DNA of 63,934 nucleotides, the filler included, from Octopus bimaculoides (lineage: Eukaryota): NCBI RefSeq assembly GCF_001194135.2. It is 6 parts of 6 records of this genome, joined end to end, with 100 filler letters (N's around TTAATTAATTAA, not from the genome) between each part and the next. Parts side by side here need not be neighbours in the genome. Positions count along the whole stretch, not along the records: positions 37,486 to 56,087 come from NC_069003.1; positions 56,188 to 62,782 come from NC_068988.1; positions 62,883 to 63,934 come from NW_026382430.1; 3 more parts are not named here. One strand, given 5' to 3'. Positions 55,838 to 63,934 of this stretch are shown here, one piece after another. The translations under genes were made by a program, and so were the position numbers. Below the pieces are notes generated by a model. That model had not been told where the DNA came from. It was given only the letters and a program-made list of their open reading frames with translations, and searched no databases. Position 1 is the stretch's first letter. The number at the start of each line of letters is the position of its first letter.

Positions 55838-56032
55838 GCTGCAGCCATAGTGGAGCACTGGCTTTAGTCGAACAAATTGACCCCGGGACTTACTCTTTGT
55901 AAGCCCAGTACTTATTCTATTGGTCTTTTTTGCCGAACTGCTATATTATGGGGACGCAAACACACCAACATGGGTTGTAGGAGGAACAAGCACAGACACA
56001 CAAATATATACATACATATATGTATGTATGTT

Positions 56033-56087
<55 letters not shown>
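55838..56087 (-). mobile_element. SINE family C 3' half
   Basis: gcagccatagtggagcac...gtcgaacaaattgacccc...tttttgccgaactgcta...cacagacacacaaat. Confidence 0.8.
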
Positions 56088-56249
56088 NNNNNNNNNNNNN
56101 NNNNNNNNNNNNNNNNNNNNNNNNNNNNNNNTTAATTAATTAANNNNNNNNNNNNNNNNNNNNNNNNNNNNNNNNNNNNNNNNNNNNCGGGAGGACACTG
56201 AGCTACATGCATAGGTGTAGACGTGGACTGAAGATATTGGGTGTGTAAC

Positions 56250-56392
56250 ATGCGAATTAAGGTTCGATCTCGTTACGAGGTACCATTTGCTCAATTATCT
56301 CTTTTGTCGCATCTTCAGGTCGACCAAAGTTTTCCGAATGAAAATTGATAGAGACAAAATCATCGTGGGAAACTGTCAGAGAGAGAGAGAGC

Positions 56393-56428
<36 letters not shown>

Positions 56429-57530
56429 GAGAGAGAGAGAGAGGGGGAGAGAGAGAAGGGGAGAGAGAGAGAGTTCCCTTCCTGGCTCATAAATTCAGTC
56501 CGTGTCTTTGATTTAATTCTAATTTCTGGCCCTTGGCGACCATTAGTGGAATATATCTGCAATTAACAAAGCCATCTCTTCAGTGTGAGGATATCTTTCT
56601 GGTTCTGTTCTTCCCGCCCTTGATGGAAGCCCTGAACAGTGTTAGGGGTCCTGTTTCTATTTCTCTAACCGAATCATTTAAACAAAACATTGCTGTACGT
56701 CTCCGTTTTGTATTCAAATCCTGATTGTATCGACTTTGCTTTCAATCTTTCTGAAGTTGATTAATTGATCAAATATAATAGCAGTAATACTCTGGGGTCT
56801 ATACAAATGATTACACACACACCCTGACAAAATATTTCATTGATATCTTGTCTTCATTTGCGTCTCGTTACTTTCTGTCTCTTTGACTCTTTCTGAGCGC
56901 TCCCCCCCACACACATACACACAAACACAAACGTACACACACACAGATATACACACACGCACACACAGATACACACGCACGCACACACACATACACCCAC
57001 ACACACACACACGTCACTCCTGACAAAACTTTTCCTGTTAGAGATGAGAAGAAATTCCTTTTGGAGTAGAGATAAATTCTTAAGATATATTCATCTCCTT
57101 CTTTAATCGAAGTTATGGTCAGCTTTCATATCTTTCTTGCATTCTTGGTATAATTCTGAAGTGTTTTTTTTTACTGACAGATCTTTAGTGAAACAGTGAA
57201 GAAAAAAATACCATTTCTAAAATCTGTTTTCAGTACTTGGAATACTTGATTTCCTGTTGTTTCTGTACTGTTTTAATACTCGACACAATTTTACCGATTC
57301 TAATAAAGTTTGAAAAATCAGCTCATTTGTCATAAAATCGAATTTTATGTAACAATTGGTACACTTTTGTTGAGTATCTGAGCAGTAGACTTAACATATT
57401 GAACTCAGGGTTATTTCTGATATTTGGATTTCTCAGAATAGGCACGAAACATTCAAAGACTCCATTAGTGGGAAATTTGTCTTAGCCATGAACACTGAGT
57501 AAGTCCAATGATAGATTTATGATCTACGTG
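56250..57530 (-). pseudogene. L: Endogenous viral element 2: L gene fragment (late RdRp to PRNTase region)
   Basis: Minus strand: SLNV (57459) ...NCYIK...NE...LLES....RVL (R at 57282) in one frame; RKSF (57036) ...TPE (56798) once a repeat insertion is removed; TGPL (56654); MALLIADIFH*W (56575-56540). Order and spacing follow mononegaviral L as recalled. Confidence 0.6.
56823..57028. repeat. Insertion (TC/CA simple repeats) flanked by 10-bp direct repeat CCTGACAAAA
   Basis: CCTGACAAAA at 56823-56832 and 57019-57028. Confidence 0.75.
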
Positions 57531-58106
57531 TCACACGTCGGGTGTGATATGAAACTAGTCACCCAGTTATCTAGACAAAACCACATCATATTTCATACTA
57601 ACACATCAAGCATACTAACACATTTCTTTATATCATATAACAATTGATATATCGTATCACCTCTAGATACGTCATACTATAACAATAGATACTACATCAT
57701 ATCACAGCTTCCATTGCTATATACAACTCATTGTGACTCACCGACTGTATTCGGCATTTCATTAGTTTCTGCATGGATAATGTTATGATTATGTCACTGA
57801 ATGCCCGACTCATTGGTTTAGCGTTTAAGCGAATGAGTACGTCTTGGAGACGTGTTCCCTTAACGGGATACTCAAGTGGAATCAGCGTGACGCATTGTAT
57901 GATAAGGTAGTACCTTCATGACTCACAAATATAACCCATTCGATGGGCTTCTATGCAGTTTCCGTCTACTTAATCTCACTCATGAGTGTGGGTCGACACT
58001 TTGCCAAAATGTCATTCAACGGAAGCGAAACTGGGACCTTAGAAATGCTAATCGAATTTATTAATTTTTTTCTCTGCGTATGTGAGAAAGGGAAAGATAG
58101 AGATAG

Positions 58107-58139
<33 letters not shown>

Positions 58140-58449
58140 NNNNNNNNNNNNNNNNNNNNNNNNNNNNNNNNNNNNNNNNNNNNNNNNNNNNNNNNNNNNN
58201 NNNNNNNNNNNNNNNNNNNNNNNNNNNNNNNNNNNNNNNNNNNNNNNNNNNNNNNNNNNNNNNNNNNNNNNNNNNNNNNNNNNNNNNNNNNNNNNNNNNN
58301 NNNNNNNNNNNNNNNNNNNNNNNNNNNNNNNNNNNNNNNNNNNNNNNNNNNNNNNNNNNNNNNNNNNNNNNNNNNNNNNNNNNNNNNNNNNNNNNNNNNN
58401 NNNNNNNNNNNNNNNNNNNNNNNNNNNNNNNNNNNNNNNNNNNNNCACA

Positions 58450-58736
58450 AGTAAAGTTTATAGGCCAACAGAATGTGGCAGTCCTATAAAGGACGATGCT
58501 ACTGTTATTTTAGCCCCAGGAAAACATCTTTTCCAGCTGGCAATCGACACAGAGTCTGTGTCCGTATATCATTTTCAAGAGAGGTCATCACTCCCATCTC
58601 TAGCCTTACGTGACACTCACAAAAGAGGTAGACCGTGTGTCGATGGCCAGGTGGAAAGATATTTTCCTGGGTCTAAAACAACAGTAACATCGTCCTTTAT
58701 AGGACTGCCACATTCTGTTGGCATATAAACATTACT
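58450..58736. mobile_element. Fold-back element / MITE with about 108-bp inverted arms
   Basis: 58450-58557 is about 90% identical to the reverse complement of 58630-58736, with a 72-bp spacer. Confidence 0.85.
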
Positions 58737-59483
58737 ATTTGGTGTCGCTGCTGTATATCTCTTGCTCAGAGTTTTAAAACAAATATATGTATATANNNNN
58801 NNNNNNNNNNNNNNNNNNNNNNNNNNNNNNNNNNNNNNNNNNNNNNNNNNNNNNNNNNNNNNNNNNNNNNNNNNNNNNNNNNNNNNNNNNNNNNNNNNNN
58901 NNNNNNNNNNNNNNNNNNNNNNNNNNNNNNNNNNNNNNNNNNNNNNNNNNNNNNNNNNNNNNNNNNNNNNNNNNNNNNNNNNNNNNNNNNNNNNNNNNNN
59001 NNNNNNNNNNNNNNNNNNNNNNNNNNNNNNNNNNNNNNNNNNNNNNNNNNNNNNNNNNNNNNNNNNNNNNNNNNNNNNNNNNNNNNNNNNNNNNNNNNNN
59101 NNNNNNNNNNNNNNNNNNNNNNNNNNNNNNNNNNNNNNNNNNNNNNNNNNNNNNNNNNNNNNNNNNNNNNNNNNNNNNNNNNNNNNNNNNNNNNNNNNNN
59201 NNNNNNNNNNNNNNNNNNNNNNNNNNNNNNNNNNNNNNNNNNNNNNNNNNNNNNNNNNNNNNNNNNNNNNNNNNNNNNNNNNNNNNNNNNNNNNNNNNNN
59301 NNNNNNNNNNNNNNNNNNNNNNNNNNNNNNNNNNNNNNNNNNNNNNNNNNNNNNNNNNNNNNNNNNNNNNNNNNNNNNNNNNNNNNNNNNNNNNNNNNNN
59401 NNNNNNNNNNNNNNNNNNNNNNNNNNNNNNNNNNNNNNNNNNNNNNNNNNNNNNNNNNNNNNNNNNNNNNNNNNNNNNNNNNA

Positions 59484-59550
59484 GGGGTATGTGGGTAGGG
59501 GTATGTGGGTAGGGGTATGTGGGTAGGGGTATGTGGGTAGGGGGTGGGTG
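59484..59550 (+). repeat. G-rich 14-bp minisatellite (GGGGTATGTGGGTA)n, truncated by a gap
   Basis: At least four units, each with two runs of 3 or more G. Confidence 0.9.
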
Positions 59551-59699
59551 TAAGGAATTGGATGGGGTGGAGTGGGATGATATATATATATATATGTATA
59601 TGTATGTATATGTATGTATCCATTGACGGATCTTGTTTCATCCCGTAGGGTGTCCAAAAGGTACTCTTCTCTCCTGTATATGACAAGCTGCCCCATACT

Positions 59700-61080
59700 T
59701 TCGGTGAATGAAATCCCATTCCCAAGGAACTAATCAGCTCAAAACTGAAGTAGAAGACATTACTCAAGGTGCCAGCGTTCTGCTTATTGGCATCCAGCCC
59801 GGAAGCACGTGATTGCTAAGAGCACGTGGTTGCGAAGGGAGATACTTAACCACACTCCTTCTTCTCTTCAAACCCTTGAACACATCACAAACAACACCAT
59901 TTCAGAAGTACAATGTGCTGTTATATGATAGTTCCACCTATTCAGCGGAGTAATCGAAGCCTTCTGCGACAAAGTACCAAACCATCTTTGAAGTAAGGAA
60001 TTCGTTCTTGGTTCCTAAATCTAAAGATAATGTACCATCACAATGAAGACGAAAAGAGCAAAATTTGCTAAAACAACCGAGAGTTGTAGATTTATTTCAA
60101 CAAGTTAATTCCATCTGAGTTGGATCCGATTTAATCAAATATCTTTTCCCATAGCCTCCGCTTAGCGCAAGACTTGGGTGTAGGGTATAAGGAAATTGTG
60201 AAGAAGCCCATCTTTGATCATAAATGTGCACAGGTTGGACTTGGGTTAAAAAGCCGTAACAGCGACTCCATGACGCTTTTTTATGGCGAAACGGAGAATG
60301 ATCAGAGTTGGAGTCCTGTTGTTTGAAATAACGGCAATCATTTATCTGAGTCAACGTGAAACCCATGCTGCATCAAAACGGTTGCTCGGTAACCTATATT
60401 CAGATATACAGCGTGAGAAATCTACACAGCCAACAGGTATTTCATTAATGAATACACTCAGGTGATTAGACCGTGAAATTGTTTTTAGTCACTCATTAGA
60501 ATGGCATGAAAAAAGAAAAAGAAAACAAAAAAATTAGGAGAAAACCAAATCAAAATTTAAAACAAAATAGACTATATTTAGATATTAATGATGGGATAAA
60601 GGTGACGTAATACTGTGTCTTTGTACACTTAACTTCTAATTCTTCTGATTTATATTCGATTCTGGTAATGTCTCTATGAATACATCCTATTTTCAAAAAT
60701 ACTATTTATACATGCCGGAAGAAAATATCTTATTTACTGTATCGGTTTTGATTTATTTTTAAATATATGAGCGCTAACATGCTATGTGAAAGGTATTATT
60801 TTAGCAGTACAATGTACTTTTATATACATATATATAGTAATTACTTCGTATATAATTTTGCATGAGAGTAAGGGGTATATGTCAAAATATATGAATCAGA
60901 GAGGGAGAGGTTAAATGAGAAAGATAACTCTGTGAAACTGACGTATGTTCAGACTCTGGTTGAAAAACGAATCATATTAGCGAACTCTTTTCAGCCAGGC
61001 GCTTATCTAAAGGGTAAAAGTGAGGTTTTCGCCCCTGCCCTCACGAACGTAGTTATACCATTGCAAACTGGGCGACAACA
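59700..61080 (+). pseudogene. L: Endogenous viral element 3: L gene fragment (N-terminal RdRp, motifs F, A, B, possibly C)
   Basis: YWHP 59785 in frame with FSGVIEAFCDK 59941; VGLGLK then RFFMAKRRMIRVGVLLFE 60274-60327 (R-F-F-x7-R-x6-E, the spacing of VSV RFFSLMSWKLREYFVITE); YFINEYTQ 60438; IHPIFKNTIY 60680; NQRG/ERLNEK 60894-60922 (compare GGxEGLxQK); LGDN 61068-61079, farther from motif B than expected. Confidence 0.65.
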
Positions 61081-61485
61081 CCTAATATAAGATTTACCCA
61101 ATTTTAATATATACAAACATACACACAACTGACCACACATAATTTTAAAATGAATCCTCCCACCATCCCCATCTCTACCCTCTTATCAACCCACACCTCT
61201 ACAGCACTCGCCCTCACCCTCGCCTAACACCATGTACAGCAAGGAGGCTATTTTCATCCTAATCCAGGGGACATCCACTGAATTAAATCGTTTCTTGTCT
61301 TTGACTTCGGTGGTTTTGCCAAGAATTTAGTTCCGTTCTTTAACAACAGTCACAAAAGACACAAACTGGATGTAAGACTCGCAGGTCTCCCGCGACGAAG
61401 ACTCCCGCGCCATAAATTCCTTTCATCCATTTCCATGAAACAAAATTCTTCGGCTATTATGAGATTATAGCATTGTAGTTCACGC

Positions 61486-61643
61486 GCAGGCGTGGCTGTG
61501 TGGTAAGAAGTTTGCTTCCTCAACCATATGGTTCCGGCTACAGTCCCACGGCGTGGTACCTTGGACAAATGTCTTCTACTATAACTTCCGATCGACCAAA
61601 GCTTTGTGAGTGTATTTGGTAAACGGAAACTTAGAGAAGCCTA

Positions 61644-61701
<58 letters not shown>

Positions 61702-62271
61702 ATGTATATATGTATATATNNNNNNNNNNNNNNNNNNNNNNNNNNNNNNNNNNNNNNNNNNNNNNNNNNNNNNNNNNNNNNNNNNNNNNNNNNNNNNNNN
61801 NNNNNNNNNNNNNNNNNNNNNNNNNNNNNNNNNNNNNNNNNNNNNNNNNNNNNNNNNNNNNNNNNNNNNNNNNNNNNNNNNNNNNNNNNNNNNNNNNNNN
61901 NNNNNNNNNNNNNNNNNNNNNNNNNNNNNNNNNNNNNNNNNNNNNNNNNNNNNNNNNNNNNNNNNNNNNNNNNNNNNNNNNNNNNNNNNNNNNNNNNNNN
62001 NNNNNNNNNNNNNNNNNNNNNNNNNNNNNNNNNNNNNNTATATATATATATATCATAATGCATATGTATGTATATAGAAGTGCGTGTGTGTTTGTTCGTG
62101 TATGTGTTTCTTCCCCACCACCGCTTGACAACCAGTGTTGGTGTGTTTCCGTTTTTGTGACATAGCGGTTCGCAAAAACAGCCGACAGAATAAGTACCAG
62201 GCCATAACAAAGTACTGGAGTAGATTCATTCGACTAATAATTCTTCAAAGCAATGTCGTAGCATGACCGCA

Positions 62272-62274
<3 letters not shown>
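61486..62274 (+). mobile_element. tRNA-derived SINE family C spanning a gap in its internal microsatellite
   Basis: Head gcaggcgtggctgtgtggtaagaag... lies before the gap; body and tail lie after it. Confidence 0.85.
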
Positions 62275-62329
<55 letters not shown>

Positions 62330-62353
62330 CTGTCCGTCCGTCTGTTTACCTAA

Positions 62354-62384
<31 letters not shown>

Positions 62385-62400
62385 ACTCAATATCTATCCG
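62273..62400. repeat. (TCTG)n microsatellite
   Basis: Directly visible. Confidence 0.95.
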
Positions 62401-63934
62401 TCTGTCTCTCTGTCTCTCTCTCTCTTCCTGTCTTTATGAATTTTTAAGATGATGAAATAAGCAGACCTTATTACAGGACTTACTCTCTATGGCTTAATCC
62501 GAGGAAGAGAGCGGCACCCGTGGTCCCTATGATCTTTTGCAATACACCTGAACTGTTTGTAAGACGGGATTAAATTATTCTGAGATTCGAAACCTGGCAG
62601 GCATTTTCACAAGCGAATGGACTCTGTTAAAGACAACCGAAGACTAAACAAATGTTTACATATTTTGAACAGATGGTTTTGTAGATACACAAAGAGATCA
62701 TAAAACGCGTGATGAAAATGTAAGAAAATAAAAATTAATGTAGTTTCTTTTATGTTCGCTTTGTTTATCTCTGGATATACAANNNNNNNNNNNNNNNNNN
62801 NNNNNNNNNNNNNNNNNNNNNNNNNNTTAATTAATTAANNNNNNNNNNNNNNNNNNNNNNNNNNNNNNNNNNNNNNNNNNNNGTTGTTACTGTTGTTGTT
62901 GTTTTTCCTTGTTTCTGTATGTGTGTGAGGAGAGTACCTGTGTGTGTTGCGGCGAGGGTTTACCTGATCAAACAAAATTCCCTTACTCATTCTCACCCAC
63001 CCCTGTATACATGCACGCAAGCAAGCAAGGGCAAACGCGCGCGCACACACACATGTACACACACACTAATGTTGACATATACATACACACATGTATATAT
63101 GTATAAAAACGTATATTGTTTATGTATGTGTATATGTATGTATATAAATATATATATATGTGTGTATGTGTGTATGTGTGTGTGTCTGTGTATGTGTGTG
63201 CGTGTAGATATATCATTTCGTTTACATATGCATATATAAACGAATATATATTTGTGTAGAATTACATACATAGATATACAGATACATATACTCATACATA
63301 ATTACATACTTACATAGATATATGTATGCATGTGTGTGTGTATTTATGTATGTATGTATGTACGTATGTGTGTATGTTTATATGTTTGGATGTATGTGTG
63401 TATGTATGTGTGTATGTATGTATGTGTGTATGTATGAATATATGTATGTGTGTATGTATGTATGTGTGTATGTGTGTATGTATGTATGTACGTACTTACG
63501 TGTGTAAGTATATATGTGTGAGTGTATGTGTGCATGCATGTATGTATGTATGTATGTACTACGTACGTATGTATGTATGTATGTATGTATGTATGTATGT
63601 ATGTATGTATGTTTGTGCGTACACATACATAGATGCAGCTAGGTAAGTATACGGAAGACAGTAACAGTCGAAATATACAGTTGGAAATGAAAACGTAACA
63701 AATGACTTAATTCAGTTCCGCATTACTCTATGTTTCCCGGGCGCAGATATGCGCCCACAACTTCAAACTCCTTAGGTACATGCATAAATACGTGCATACA
63801 TAGGTATGTTCTTACATGCATACATACGCGTGCGCGCACACACACACACATACATACATACATACACATACACATACATACATACTGAAAGAAAAAAGCT
63901 GATTAGAAGACTACAGATTCAAGCCATCAATGGA

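Noticed and set aside
60143-60240. Host exon after ttttcccatag (LRLAQDLGVGYKEIVKKPIFDHKCAQ)
   Set aside because: The splice signals are weak, no partner exons are seen, and the segment lies between in-order viral L motifs.
61285-61320. FLVFDFGGF as the L-protein P-x-x-LGG motif extending EVE3
   Set aside because: It lacks the Pro and sits about half the expected distance from motif C, so it was not used as evidence.

Overview
This is repeat-saturated, gapped eukaryotic DNA, most likely from an octopus or other coleoid cephalopod. That call is an inference from the extreme microsatellite density and three recurring tRNA-type SINE families. I find no intact host protein-coding exon; almost all ORFs in the supplied track are microsatellite or N-gap artefacts. 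Five 100-bp gaps carry an artificial TTAATTAATTAA linker, so the window is six joined scaffold pieces. The mobile-element content includes many SINEs, a complete-ended but internally deleted Helitron, hAT, pogo and fold-back MITEs, and RTE, R4/Dong and mariner fragments. The main result is three heavily decayed remnants of negative-strand RNA virus L (polymerase) genes, i.e. non-retroviral endogenous viral elements. They lie at about 30.1-36.1 kb (+, RdRp through PRNTase to the start of the methyltransferase), 56.3-57.5 kb (-, late RdRp and PRNTase) and 59.7-61.1 kb (+, N-terminal RdRp with motifs F, A and B). I identified them by manual translation across frameshifts and by motif order and spacing against the VSV L sequence as I recall it, so a profile search is needed to confirm them. 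A near full-length U6 snRNA copy fused to the SINE 3' tail (51.9-52.06 kb) and a templated insertion flanked by 32-bp direct repeats (5.27-5.46 kb) also stand out.
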